Assembly (NCBI GenBank): GCA_013239625.1
Contig: MU054220.1
Span: forward strand, 5,688,626-5,752,625
DNA from: Lama guanicoe
Taxonomy: Eukaryota
Reading direction: 5' to 3'
DNA length: 64,000 nt
The notes beneath the pieces are model-generated. The model was not told the origin of the DNA and searched no databases. It saw only the letters and a program-made list of their open reading frames with translations. Positions 51,008-64,000 of the stretch are shown here, in pieces. The stretch's first letter is position 1; each line of letters begins with the position of its first letter. The position numbers were made by a program, and so were the translations under genes.

Positions 51008-51270
51008 TGGTGGTAATCAGAATGAGGGAGGAGGAGGATGAGGAGGTGGAGGACGAGGAGAAGACAAGGAGGAGAGAGATGGAGTGGTGGTAATCAGAAT
51101 GAGGGAGGAGGAGGATGAGGAGGTGGAGGATGAGGAGGTGGAGGACGAGGAGAAGACAAGGAGGAGAGAGATGGAGAAGGAGGAAGAAGATAAAGGGGAA
51201 GAGGGGAGGAGGAAGAAGAAGAAAAAGAAGAAGGAGTAGGAGAAAATGATGCTGATGCTGATCATGATGA
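51008..51270. repeat. GA-rich low-complexity tract containing a 77-bp tandem duplication
   Basis: Unit 1 51008-51084; unit 2 51085-51176 is identical except for an extra 15-nt internal repeat. Confidence 0.93.
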
Positions 51271-52309
51271 TCTGTGCACCCATTAGAATGATGTCCAGCT
51301 GGGCACTCCCACCTGCTCCTCATGAGCAGTAGGATCTATAAACGCTTTAAAACTCTTCACCTAACACCTCTTACCTGGATGAAAGCAGAGAGAAGTTTAC
51401 TATACCAACCCCTAACACAGTGAGAGCATTGTACTGCAGTCTCTTTACCAACTTCATTGTCTTGCCAGTTTAGTCACTATCTGTAAGTCTCTGGCTGCCT
51501 TATTTCTGTTCAACAATCTGGAAGCTAGTTTTGAATCTGAATCTCTCATCTGGTTCATGCCAGCTTCTTTTCCAGGGATTCAGATCCTGCTAATGTCACC
51601 CTCACAATGATCAGTATAATTTAAAGATTCTGATGCTTACTAAATACCAAGAATTGCTGCCTGAAACCCAAGTGTGGCACTCTACAGAACATCCAGATTC
51701 CATTTAAACCACTCTTTTGAATAGTTCCCCAGACTGAATGTGGTTTTATACCATGTATGTCCTGCATATTGTAATATTTGACTTTAATTTTATTGTATGT
51801 CTGCATCTGCTGGATGGGGTCATCCTCGTGGTCACAGTTAATTTTTCTCAGCCTTTACCAATGATTCCTGCTTAGTCCCTAGAGCGCAGGATAAGCCTCG
51901 TTAGCAAAGCGTCTGACATGTAATAGCATTGACATTTATTCCTTACCTTGATATGATTTTCCTATATCCTAATATATAATATATCACATATATTATAAAT
52001 AAATATGTGCTCTATACTATTATACATAATTTGCACATATTTGTCATTTGATACATCTGAATGCTTGAGCTACCATTTACTTTGTACCTAAGAAGATAGT
52101 GAAAATTATAAAGTCACTGTTAGACTCACATTTTTGGTGTACTTGATCATCTCTCTTTCTCTACATCATTTCGGTACCCTGGGGAAATTTGAATTTAGTT
52201 AGGAAGTTAAATGATAGGTTAGGAAGTTAAAACAGTTCCCTGTCTTATGATGGTCCGTTAAGAAGATGCTTACGTCTCTCTGTCAGCAAAGCTGCTGCTA
52301 CCCTTTGCC

Positions 52310-52700
52310 CTGGGGTTAGTTCTCCAGAAGCAGGTCCAGAGATGAGGATTTGTGGACAGTTGGTTTATTAAAGATACGCACCCAGGAAAAGCCTTTAAGA
52401 TAGTGGGGGAAAGCTGGACAGGAAGATCTCAAGTCCTGGCCTCAGGTGAATCCTGAAGGGCTTCTCTGGAGGGTAAATTGCACTTAAGACTTTGTCCCAA
52501 CTCCAAGAGAAAGAGCTGAGCTTTCATAGGCCTACACCCATGAGTCAGGACCCCAGGGGAACATAACCTCCCAGCCAGTTTTGGCAAATGACTCCAGTAG
52601 TGCAAGGGCAGACTCCTGTTGCAGAATATCACAACAGGTAGACCAGTAGACTGAAAGCACACATAGGAGCCAAGGGAAGGAAGTGCACAGACAGTAAAAG
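52310..52700 (-). mobile_element. ERVL solo LTR (LTR16/LTR33 group)
   Basis: gttctccagaagcaggtccagagatgaggatttgtggacagttggtttatt. Confidence 0.7.
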
Positions 52701-53349
52701 GGAGCTGAGAGAATCTCTGTGGACTTGCATGTGTTTCTCTGCTGCCTGCATATAGACCAGGGAGCAGGTCACAGTATCTGAGAGGGCACTAATGCAACAG
52801 TAAATGAAAGTTTCAAGATAGCAAGGATTCTGAGCTCCGGGCTCTTTCATCACTAGGTGGCATTGCCATCTATTGGTTTAGGAGCCTGCCACTGAGAAAC
52901 ATAATGTCAGGAAAGAAGAACATTCTTTTGTCTCGCTAGTTGGTAAAAAGGTACTTTTGCTCAACAGTCTTCCTGCAAAAATAACTCTTAAATCAGTTCC
53001 AGATTGTAATTCACCTGCTTTATGTAATTTTCACAGGCCTCATTCTTTGTAATAAATGAACAATTTGGGTCTGCTTGCCTATGTGAACACTGACTGTTCT
53101 CAGGGGGAATTGGATAAAGAGAAGAAAAGTACACTTAGGAGAATGGCTGTCTCTGCTCTCCATCTACGGTTCTTGTTATCTCTTCATTAAGCAAACATTC
53201 ACTGCTGTCTGTTAGTGCCAGGACCAGTGCTCGAGCACGAAATGCTATGACAAATAAGGGAGCTGAGTGGAGGAATCAGACAGTTCAACAAGTAGGTATA
53301 GCAGGGTTTCCTCACTGTAATATGGGAATATTAGTTGCGTTTTATTACT

Positions 53350-53670
53350 CTATTAGTTATGGATTTCTGCATAGTAAGTTACTCTAAAACTCTCTCCCGG
53401 TTTCTGTGGGTCAAGAATTAAGGCAGAGCACAGCAGAGATGTTTGTCTTTGCTCTCTGGTTTCTAGGACCTCAGCTGGAAGACTCAAAGACTGAGAAACT
53501 AATCATCTGAAGGCCTGTTTGTACACATGTCTGGTTGTGGATGCTGGTTGCTTGCTGTGGGCGTAGCTGGGGATGTTGGCTGGAATATTCACGCGTGACA
53601 TTGCATGTAGTCTGGGCTTCCTCACAACATGATGGCCGGGTTCCAAGAGCAAGCATCCCAAGTGAAGGAG
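53350..53670 (-). mobile_element. MaLR LTR (MLT1F/G/H-like)
   Basis: tctgtgggtcaagaatt...ctcagctggaagactc...tgggcttcctcacaacatgatggccgggttccaagagcaagc. Confidence 0.8.
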
Positions 53671-54636
53671 AACTACCTCATAGTGCTACTGTGATGATTA
53701 AATCAACTAATTAATATAAAATGCTAAGATCATTATCTGGCACACAGTACTTAATGTGAGCTAGCTATTATTAGTAATAATGGTATTGTTAACAGTAACT
53801 GTGCATATCAAGTTTGTCAGTAATAATATTTTACATAGACCCAGGATAATTTAATTCCAATGCATCAAAGTGGGGGTGCCTTTATCACCTTTTTGTTACT
53901 GTCCAAACAAATCACTTATTTGGAGGCTGTGCCCCTATTCTTTACCAGTAGTCAAGGGGCTTCAGTAAGAGATTTTAGCTCACATTGAAAGAGCTGGGCA
54001 ATGTAATCCAAGAGGTTAATGACAAGTTTTGAGTTCCATTGGGAAAAAAGAAAAAAGCTGCCAGAAAGGATGATCAAGAATATGACCATAATCAGAGAAA
54101 TAAGATAACTTGGGAATTCTTGGAACTGTGTCTCAATGTGGTGATTGGGTTATAGCCATACACTAATGCCTTCTCTTGTTAGCAATTTCATTTTCATTTG
54201 TAATAATCATTTCATTCAGCTTTGAAAGGAAATTTGTTCCAGTATGTAAAGATATAAAAACAGTAATTTTCTTCAGTTGGTGATTAGTAAAGAAGAGTGC
54301 AGAGACAGGGAAGGAAAATTAGAAAGGATGCTCTTTGACACATGACATAGGTTGCTTTCATCCAGTAAACTTCAAGTACATGTAATGACTGAACCTGAGT
54401 GACTGATCCCTCTGCAAAGAACTCTTACAGTGACTGCCCATATCTCCATTATCACTTGCTGAGGAAAACACTCTAACCTATAGTGAAGCTAAGTGAGTAA
54501 ATACTTTTCTTATTCTTATACAAAAATCTGAAGCCGTCAGGATTTTTCTTCTTGATCTTTGATCAGTGAGTTATGCTTTTATTCATCTTAGTGATTGTCT
54601 TCTTTCAGCCTACAGATTATTCTAAACTCCTTTTGA

Positions 54637-55012
54637 TTTTTTTTTATTGAAGTAGAATTGATTTTATAATGTTATGTTAGTTTCTGGTGTACAGGAAAGT
54701 GATTCAGTTTTATATATATAATCTTTTTTGTATTCTTTTTCATTATGGTTTATTACAAGATATTAAATATAGTTCCTTATGCTATACAGTGGGACCTTGT
54801 TTATCTGTTTTGTATAGAGTAGCTTGTATCTGCTAATCCCAAACTCCTAATTTATCCTTCCACCCTCTTTCCTTTTTGGTAATTATACATTTGTTTTCTG
54901 TGTTTGTGAGTCTCTGTTTTTTTCATTTGTATCATATTTTAGATTCCACATATAAGTGATACCATATGATATTTGTCTTTCTCTGCCTGACTCACTTCTC
55001 TAGAGCCATCAG
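54637..55012 (-). mobile_element. 5'-truncated L1 3' end (cetartiodactyl-type)
   Basis: Poly(T) then attgaagtagaattg...; ttttagattccacatataagtgataccata; TSD aactccttttga (54625-54636) / aattccttttga (55013-55024). Confidence 0.88.
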
Positions 55013-55544
55013 AATTCCTTTTGAAATGTCATTCACCTCATCCTCCACCATTTCTTATCACCCTTACTCTTCCCTGATGCTCAAGACATATCTGAATTCA
55101 TACAGCCCCTGAATAAGACACAGAATTTAATATTTCTGTACTTTCATTGATGTTCCTTTTTACTGTAAAGTGTTATTTTTTATTTTCCACTTTTCCAAAT
55201 GCATTCACTTTTTTTATTTTGAAAATCTCTTCCTTTCCTTGTCTTTAACCAGAATTTATCACTCCCTCCTTCTTGTTTTAATAACTTTGAGTCCACATAT
55301 TGTTTTTTGTAAGGCATGTGCCATTTTATTATTGCTTACTATAGATAATGTCTCTCCTCTTCCTCAGGTTATAACTTTTCTGGAGCTGAAACGATTTTGT
55401 ACTCATATTTTTCTCGTTAGTGTCTATGACCTTGTGCATGTTAGATAAAATGCCTAATGAATGAATTACTTGAATATATCAACAGTTGTACCTTGGTCTG
55501 GCCTGGCATCTACTTCTTCCTCCATAATGCAGTCTTCCTTCTAG

Positions 55545-55548
<4 letters not shown>

Positions 55549-55582
<34 letters not shown>
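55549..55582. repeat. (TG)n microsatellite
   Basis: Seen directly. Confidence 0.95.
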
Positions 55583-55584
<2 letters not shown>

Positions 55585-55845
55585 CATTTATCTGCTACCT
55601 TGCAGTCGAGCACCGCAAGACTTGGAGGCTTAAAGCAATAATGGTCATTTCTTCACTAGCCTTTCATGATTCTAGGGATCTACTGAGCTCAACCAGGTGG
55701 TTCTTAATCGGTTTTATGCAGTTGGCTGCAGATGAGGGCTCAGGCTGAAATCACTGTGAAAACTTCTTCATTCACATACTAGCAGTGGATGCTGGCTGTC
55801 AGCTGAGACCACAGTTAAGACTGTTGCTGGAACACCTACACAGAA
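55583..55845 (-). mobile_element. MaLR LTR fragment (MLT1-like)
   Basis: ctgagctcaaccaggtggttctt...gatgctggctgtcagctgagacc. Confidence 0.7.
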
Positions 55846-56114
55846 TTGTTTTTATATATAATGTGAGGAGTTAGAAAGTAAAGTTTACCTGCTTGTTCTG
55901 AAGTCACGATTAGTTTTGCCTGTGTGGGTTTGATCCTGTCACTCCTTTACATCTAATGTATATTTCCATTTTTCTTCTGCCTTCCTAAACGTAAATCTAT
56001 CCATCCTTTAACTCTAACTTTCCTGGTCAACCCAGCCATCAGTTCCCTTCAGTTACCTTCTTTTCTACTCAAAATCTTATTTGTGAGAATAAACTTTTGA
56101 GAAAATCTATACAC

Positions 56115-57100
56115 TGTAATAATAAAACATTCAACAAATAGGAATTTTCTCAACCTAATTAAAGACATTTATGAAAAACCCCCAGCTACCATTATACTCA
56201 ATTGTGAAAGACTGAAAACTTTTCTTTTACAATCAGGAACAAGAAAAGAATATCCATTTTGCCACTTCCATTCAAAGTTGTTCCAGAAGTTTTAGGCAGA
56301 GAAATTAGGCAATGGATAAATACATAATTAAATAAGTAGCACCCAAATTGGAAAGGCAGAAGTACAGTTCTGTCTATTCTCAGACGACCTGATGCCATAT
56401 TTGGAAAATCTACAATGAGATACCATTTCACATGCACTAGGATGGCTGTAATCAAAATCTGAAAATAACAAGTGTTGGCAAGCATTGGGAAAGATCGGGA
56501 CTTTTATAGACTGCTAATGGTGCATCCATTGTGGAACATAGTTGGCCAGTGTCTCAAAAATTTAAACATAGAATTACCACATGACCCAGCAATCCCACTC
56601 CTACACATATATCTCTTTAAACTGAAAACACATATTCAAACAAATATTTGTACATGAATATTTATAGCAGCACTATTTACGGTAGCCACAGGGTGGAAAC
56701 AACTCAAATGTGCACCAGTGAAAGAGTGAACAAACAAAATGTGTTATATACATAAATGGAATATTATTTACCATACAAAGGAAAGAAGTACTATAAGGAA
56801 AGAGATAAGAAGTCAGACATAAAACATTACACATTGTATGTTTCTACTTATATGAAATATCCGGAACATGTAAATCCATAGAGACAGAAAACAAATTAGT
56901 GGTTGCCAGGGATGGTGGGGGTGGAGTAAGGTGTGACTGCTTAATGGGTACATGGCCTTCTTTAGGGGTGATAAAGATGTTTTGGGACTACATAGAAGGT
57001 ATGGCTGCACAGCAGTGGGAATGAACAAAATGCCAAGGAGTTGCACACTTTAAAGTGGTTAATTTTATGTTATTTGAATTTCACCTAAGTGAAAAAAAAT
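56115..57100 (+). mobile_element. L1MB-like element: mid-ORF2 fragment joined to ORF2 end and 3'UTR
   Basis: RT-region text to ~56410, then acaatgagataccatttcac...; ends cactttaaagtggttaattttatgttatttgaatttcacct plus A-run. Confidence 0.88.
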
Positions 57101-58599
57101 TATGATAGTTATGTGACCCCAAGTAGTAATGTATTTGCTTTACTAACTTAAACCAGCTCGTTGGTTTCCTGAATGTGGTAATATGGTGGAAAGAGTTAGA
57201 ATCAGAGCTGATCTGAACCTTCCTGAGCTTCCCTTTGAGATCTGTCGGGGTCTCCTCACTGACGGTTGGATGTAAGGAGTCTTGGCACTGTAGTGTCTCT
57301 GAGATACACAATCTCAGGAGAACATCAGGTCTACCACCCTGGATTCTTGTTTCCAGAGGGCAGGAATTGTAGGCCTATCTCCAGGCCACCACTTCAGTGT
57401 GGAGGCCATTTCGACAGGGAAAATTTCCAAAAATTAGAACATTCTGTTTTTCCAGAATGACTGACAAAATACGTGATGGTTGTTTTGTCCTGGGGTCATT
57501 CCCCTCTGGCATTCCACTAACAATCCCATAAGCCTCCCCAGTGAGAAACAAGATCACCTCTGTAGTACTGCGTAGAGCTGCCATGCCTGGCATTGTCTCT
57601 TCTGAAAAGAACGGCCATGAGATGGTTTTGAGAGTGAAAGGGGACTTTTTTATAAATTACACTGAGGCAACAGACATAGACTTGGACTGTTGTAGGCAAA
57701 CCACAGCATGTGATCTCCTGGTAATGAATAAGTACAGTGTCAAGGATTCTGTTGGTCAGATTTTACAGAAGCCAGTAGTTCTGAATTTGTGACTCCCACA
57801 TTGAGGCGTCTTGAATCCTAGGCTTTGATGCGAAAGGCCCCTGATTCCTGCTGTATTGTCAGTAGGTCTATAGGTTTGCCACTGGTCAAAATTAGGTGCA
57901 GTGTCCAAGTTAGTGGCAGCAAGACTGAAGGGCCACCCGAGTAATGTTGCATGTTGAATACAGATGTTCCTTTTGCTTCCTGGGACAATCATACCATTTT
58001 GCCTTACTTTTAAGTTCAAAGCCACCAAGGCTGATTTCTTAAGTTACACAGGCCTCTCATGATGGGAATAGAAAGTGAAATATCAGTATTTAGGTAGTCA
58101 GTGGAAAAGCATGCACTGCTTTGGGGATGAGAGGCCTGTAAAAGCATATGCCATACATGGAGGCTTGAAATGCATAAAAATAAGGGCATATTCCTCAAAA
58201 GGACATTCATAGTCTTACACAGATTAGCCCCCCTTCCCTTGGTCTCAATTCCTCAACTCTAAGAATCACAACCTTCCCTGCCAGTCTTTTGGTGAGTAAT
58301 GAGCATCACAGGAGACTGTGCTTGGAGGCAGGAGGGTGCAGGGCTAAGTGTTTCACAGTCAGATCAGGCTGAGATCAAATACTTCCTCTACCATTAATAT
58401 ACCGCTTGTATATTATTTTGTGCACATTACCTAACTAATATGAGGTTAGTCTTTCTTTAAACAGCACAGACTGCTCAAAAGGATTGGGTGAAAATTTCTT
58501 AAAGCTCATATATCAAAATAAATGTCTGAGCATAGATAGGAGAAATGATTCTGGGGGGAATGAAAGATCAGTGAGGGGTGATTGTCCTTTAGATAAACT

Positions 58600-60400
58600 A
58601 TCAAGGCTTTGTGCTCTTGATAGAGCAATACACTGACAGATCACTGGAACCTGACAGATAATTCAGACCATAGCTCTGGGTATATAGGAAGGAAACATAC
58701 GTAAAATTGAGAGTTCAGACAAATAAGCAGGAAAGAATGCAATATTTAATGAATGGTGATGACACAATTGGATAAAAATAAAATTCAACTTCTATTTTAA
58801 TATGTGCAAAATAAATTTCAAATGGAATACAAATTTAAGGAAAGGGAAAAAAACCAACAAAATCTTGTAAGAAAATATAATAGAATTTAAACAAGTTAGA
58901 TAGCCTGGAGCCATAAGATAAGCACTAAAGATAAAAAATTAAGGTTACTGTGAGGCAAAATTATCATATGTGAAGTCAGGAGACAAAGTTTGGGAAAAAA
59001 TGTGTCCTTGATGACAAAAATGTTGTATCTACTATATACAGATAACTCCTAAAGACACAAAGGTAACCAAATAGAAAAATAGGCAAAATATATGAATAGG
59101 GAAATTCTAAAGAAATCCTATTGACTTTTAAACATATGGAAAGGTCTTAAAAATCATTGGTGTTTTGGCAAATGCTAAGTAACAGTGACTTATCTCTTAA
59201 TACATAGCTGACTTCAAGAAAAAGCAATAATATATTTCTGGCATGATTTCTGGAAAAAGAGCATTCTTGTACAGTGCTAGTATAAGTTAGAATTGTCCCA
59301 TCCTATTAGTAAAGCAAACTGGCTATAACTATTAAATTTTATACTGCATACATGTATTGACCTAGCAATTTTAATTCCAGAAATCTATCCCAAATAGATC
59401 AATCTACAGTAATTAAAAACACATCTAGGAGGATACTTGTTACAGCATTGTTTACAGTGAAAACAAAGCAATAATAAAATAAATGTGTATCAATAGAGGA
59501 ATAAAGGAATAAATTCACTGTGGAATATTATTTCACCAATAAAGTGAATGCACTTGAGATGTGCCTCTTGAATTTGGAGAAATTTCCGCAAGATATCACT
59601 GAGTGAGACAAACAAAATGAAAGTAAATAGTGTAAAGTAAGTATGATTCTATTTGCATAAAAAGGTGAAAAACTTTATGTGTATGTATATGTATTTAAGT
59701 ATTATATTTTATTGAACCTAAACTACCATTGATTGTAAAATACACCAACATTCCATATAATATATGGAAAAAAATGCTGAGATTAAACTCTGACAGAAGG
59801 CTTTTTTAATCACTTAGAAATTCAACTTTCATTTGAAGAGCACTTTTAAATTTAACTAAACAGCAATACTTGTCTTATATAACTTTTGTTCATACATAAA
59901 AAGGGACATGTAAGCAAAATAAATTGATCAAGATTTTATTGAACTTAATATCCACAGTAAAACTTTCCTGAGTTCCTTCCAAAATGAGGTCATAAATATT
60001 TTTGTTTCCACCAATGTCTTCTTCTGCAGTCAAGATTACTAGCATTTTTAAATGAAAATCCTAGCATTGTCCACAAGCCTTTTTTCTCCAGGACCTGAAC
60101 TCTCATTCTTTAGATACTGATGTCCCAGCAATGACAGTAGCAACTATTGTCACCACTTGGATGTTCCACAGCAATTATAAGATGTATCTTAATTTCAGAG
60201 ACATTAAAATGTGACAAAGATGCATCTCAGAATTGGTGAAATACGTATATGCCTATGTAAGTAATTATACGGTGATGGAGAAAGCTACAGTAGAGAACAT
60301 GTTAGGCTGTTTTCATGAGGCATATGTGGTAGACCTGGCATATAATATGGACAGAGTAGATTAAGAATGAAGGAAGTCCATCAGAAAGGGAAAAAAACAC
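58600..60400 (+). mobile_element. Old L1ME-like fragment interrupted by a Tc2 transposon
   Basis: Degenerate ORF2 3' end and 3'UTR text (gacctagcaattttaattccagaaatctatccc). Confidence 0.7.
59703..60245. mobile_element. TcMar-Tc2 DNA transposon (Kanga/MER104-like)
   Basis: Right end ttaatttcagagacattaaaatgtg...gatgcatctcagaattggtgaaatacg followed by ta; left end ccattgattgtaaaatacacc. Confidence 0.75.
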
Positions 60401-60404
60401 TGCA

Positions 60405-61780
60405 TTAAAAACCCACAGTCACCCAACACAGTTTTGAAGGAGAAGAACAAAGTTAAGAGGGCTGACACCACTGGAATTCAAGACTTACTATAAAACTCTA
60501 GTAATCAAGACAGTGTGTTGGCTAAACAATAACCAAATCAATCAGAACAGAAGAAAGAGCCCAAAAGTACACTCAGATAAATATAAGCAACTGATCTTTG
60601 ATAGAGAAGCAAAGGCCATACAATGAAGCAAAGACAGTCTTTTCAACACAAGGTACCGGACATCCACATGCAAAAGAAAAAAAAAAAAGAATCTAGACAC
60701 CAATTTTACACCCTTCACAAAAAATTAACTCAAATGGATCCAAATCCTAAATATAAAACACAAAACTATAATAATCCTGAAAGGTGACATAGGAGAAAGC
60801 CTTGGGCATAGTGGTGCCTTTCTAGTTCCAACACCAAAGGCACAATCCAGGAAATAAATAACTTATGAGTAATTATTTATACATAAATAATGTATAAGTA
60901 AGTACATAAAATTTAACTTTATTAAAATTTAAAATGTATGCTCTGAGAAAGAAAATATCTGTGGGAAGTCACAGACTAGGAGAAAATATTTGCAAAAGAC
61001 ATACCTGATCAAGCACTGTTAACCAAAATACACAAGGAACAGTAAAACTCGATAATAAGAAATAAGAAAATGATCACATAAAAAATGGGCCAAAACTCTT
61101 AATAGACACCTCACTGAAGAAGATACATAGGTGGCAAATAAGCATAATAAATTAAAGATGCTCATGGATGTTTATAGCAGCTTTATCTATAACTGCCAAA
61201 ACTTGGAAGCAACCAGGAATTCCTTCGGTAGGTGCATGGATGAATAAATAAACTGTTGTACAGCCAGACAGTGGAATATTATTCTGTATTAAAAAGAAAT
61301 GAGCTATCAAGCCATGAGAAGACATGGAGAACTTTACATACATATTACTAAGTGAAAGAAGCCAATCAGAAAAGGCTACATACTGTATGATTCCAACTAT
61401 GTGACACTTTGGAAAAGGCAAATCTATGGTGACAGAAAAAGATCAGTGGTTGCAAGGGCTGGGGTGAGGTAAGGCAGAACATAGAGGATTTTTAGGGCAG
61501 TAAAACAACTCTGTATGCTATAGCAGTGGATGCATGTCATTATACATTTTACAAACACACAGAATGTAACAGCAAGAGTGAACCCTAATATAAAACTAGG
61601 ACTCCAGGTGATTACAATGTGTCACTGTAGGTTTATCAATGACAACAAATGTACCACTCTGATGGGGAATGTGGATAATGGGGGAGACTCTGCATATGTA
61701 GGGGTGGGGACGTATAGGAAATCTCTGTACCTTCCTTTCAATTTTGATGTGAACCTGAAACTTCTGGGAAAAAAATAGTC
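60405..61780 (+). mobile_element. L1MC1/2-like ORF2 3' part and 3'UTR with an internal deletion near 61150
   Basis: caagacttactataaaactctagtaatcaagacagtgtg; agagtgaaccctaat...aacaaatgtaccactctgatgggg...ggaaatctctgtaccttcc. Confidence 0.9.
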
Positions 61781-62906
61781 TGGAAAATGTAAGTTAAGTA
61801 ATTAATTAATTAACTTTAAAAAGTCATAATATATATGACTCTTTAACATTATATCCTAACATTATATTTGTGTATTCATAGATAAAACACTTTTAAACTC
61901 TTCTTAAATGCAAAGAAAAAAGCTTGAAGGACTTCACAATGTGCTGTCTACGTGCCCTGTACAGTTGCAGGAGTTCAGGAAACGTCTGAAAGGATTAAAT
62001 GAGAAAGCATATGACGGAGTTATAGTAGTTACTAAAGTTATTGTATCATTGTGTGTGACAAGTAAGAAAACGTTGTTTGCTTTTCCCCTTTAATGTCTGG
62101 ACATTTCTCCATCCCCACACTGCCTCCCTGAGGAGTGCTGAGAATTTTGTTGTTTCTCAACACTGTTTGCTGAGAGAATGATCAATAACAGAAGTTGGCT
62201 AAAATCATCATTTCCTATGGTGAATTTTGTTAAATGTCAACCATGTGAGATATTCTATGGAAAAATGGTTTCATGATTCTAGTTTGAGGAAAACTCCAAT
62301 AGTGAATCTCTTTCTGCAGGTATGCAATGCTTTGTAGAACTTACAGTAAACCAACATTTTAGTGTGCTGGTAATTTTCCAAAACCATTGATGAAAGAAGC
62401 TCTGTTTAGCCTGTGTAAAGCTTATCATTGTCCAGAATTATGTTCTATGAAGTAGAGAGAAACTGGTTTATAGAAACTGGTTAGGGAACTGGAAAGGTAT
62501 GGACACATCACTTCACACATTTGTAGTGCAGAGAGCTGTAATTTCCCTTGATATCTTAAGGGCGGTGATTTAGGAAGGAATTAGTACTCATTCTTAGAAA
62601 GCAGCATTTTCTCCTATATCCATCCTGACATAGGGAACATGGTAATTGGAAAAAAAAATAATTGTAATGATGTGGTTAATAAGGGTGCATGTTTTTATAA
62701 CAAGGTTGTAAAGTTCTTCTTTATAGTCCTATAGTTTATATAACTCATTAATTTCTGTTTCAGTTTTGCTATTTTTGACAAGACTCAGAGATTCATTTGG
62801 TGGTCCTAGGAAGAGTGAATTGAGTTTAAGATCCTGAATGACTGACTCTCCCAGGACACAGTATCTTTTGTGTTTTTGAAATCTTGGCTTTTTAAAAAGC
62901 CAATCA

Positions 62907-63138
62907 CGAAATTTGTAGATTCTGACAGACATATGTAGAATAGATAAACAAGATTATACTGTATAGCACAGGGAAATATATACAAGATCTTGTGGTAGCT
63001 CACAGCGAAAAAGAATGCAACAATGAATATATGTATGTTCATTTATAAGTTAAAAATTGTGCTCTACACTGGAAATTGACACAATATTATAAAATGACTA
63101 TAACTCAATAAAAAATAGTAAAAAACAAATAAAAATAG
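62907..63138 (+). mobile_element. Younger 5'-truncated L1 3' end
   Basis: Perfect 11-bp TSD aaagccaatca (62896-62906 / 63139-63149) at a tt/aaaa endonuclease site; tactgtatagcacagggaaatata; A-rich tail. Confidence 0.92.
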
Positions 63139-63809
63139 AAAGCCAATCAGACCTATTGGCAAAGATGGGGGGATATATTCAACCCTTTGTGATAAAGGAT
63201 AAAGAATGAAAAGTGTCCAAAGAAAGGGTAGAGTAGAGGAGAAGCTGGAACCTCTCCACAAATGGGTCTTTTTCACTTCAAAGTTTTCTGTCCCATTAGA
63301 AGTTAATAAAGCTCTCTTCGAAAAAAGGAGCAGAAGGCCCTTTTTTTGCTTTGGAATTGAGGGAAAAATGTGGAAGCTACATCTCATATAACTCCTGGGG
63401 GAACCAATCTAAGGGGAAGCTGAGTTGAGGATTAAAATGAGAGTCAGAGCGAGTGTGTCTCTGAGCTCAGCATCAAATGATTGAAGCCACCTTTCCTCAG
63501 TGCTCCATGAGGCCTAATTTTAAAAGACCTACTTTCAGTAGCAGCAGTGTGTTGGGGAGAGCAACAGAAGCAATAGCATTAGTGGACCAATTAAATCTGA
63601 GACTCTCCCTGATTGGCCATGTAGTAAAATCAGTTGTTTGCATCAGCCTTTGTTCCCTTGTTTGTTTCAACCAGGGTGGTGGGGTATCCACTCTTTTCTT
63701 AGAGAAAAGTACTGAATTTGTTACTATTCTAGGTGTGATTTTGAGCTTTTAATAATTCCATTTTTAGCAATAAAAGAGATGAGAATCTACTTCTACTCCA
63801 TCTGTAGTG

Positions 63810-63992
63810 GAGCAGTTCCCATACTTATCACAGACTGAAATGACCTAGACAAAGTGGACAAAATGACTTAAAATACAGATTCCCTAGGGTTTTTTCCCCT
63901 CTAGAGATGCTGTTTCAATAGTGTGTGGAATCTGTTTTTAACAAGCTTCCCAGATGACAGTGAGGTAGTTGATCAGAGCACTGAAATTTGGA
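63810..63992. mobile_element. hAT-Charlie MITE (MER5-like)
   Basis: aaaatacagattccctagg...ggaatctgtttttaacaagcttcccagatga. Confidence 0.7.
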
Positions 63993-64000
63993 AAGGACAG

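Noticed and set aside
50985..51323. Ser/Leu/His-rich ORFs of 88-112 aa
   Set aside because: Translation of the GA-rich low-complexity repeat
1..64000. CRISPR array, operon or other prokaryotic/viral system
   Set aside because: No regularly spaced repeats and no long ORFs; sequence is mammalian repeat-rich DNA throughout

Overview
This is mammalian nuclear DNA: AT-rich, CpG-depleted and dominated by interspersed repeats. It is most likely camelid (alpaca/llama/camel), judged from a tRNA-derived SINE at 40653-40797 that matches my recollection of the camelid Vic-1 family, with no Alu, B1, Bov-tA/BovB or PRE-1 copies seen. I recognise no intact protein-coding gene, rRNA, true tRNA or CRISPR array, and the ORF track is almost entirely chance or repeat-derived. 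The window looks intergenic or deep-intronic. Main content: (1) a near-complete, decayed ERV-L provirus on the minus strand (~15770-22230; LTR-gag-pol-integrase-dUTPase-LTR) with three nested insertions and a 29-bp inverted duplication carrying five nuclear-receptor half-sites; (2) a 2.7-kb L1 that keeps 5'UTR, ORF1, spacer and 3'UTR but has no ORF2 (6786-9526); (3) a tandem three-LTR MaLR array inside a long L2 (~28155-31069); (4) many older L1M, L2, MIR, MLT and DNA-transposon relics, plus three younger L1 3' ends with target-site duplications (TSDs); (5) a few unique stretches with enhancer-like motif clusters or exon-like splice signals, which are hypotheses only. Repeat names come from remembered consensus sequences, not a search. 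Subfamily labels are approximate, as are boundaries where no TSD is cited. I did not find a demonstrable new biological system.
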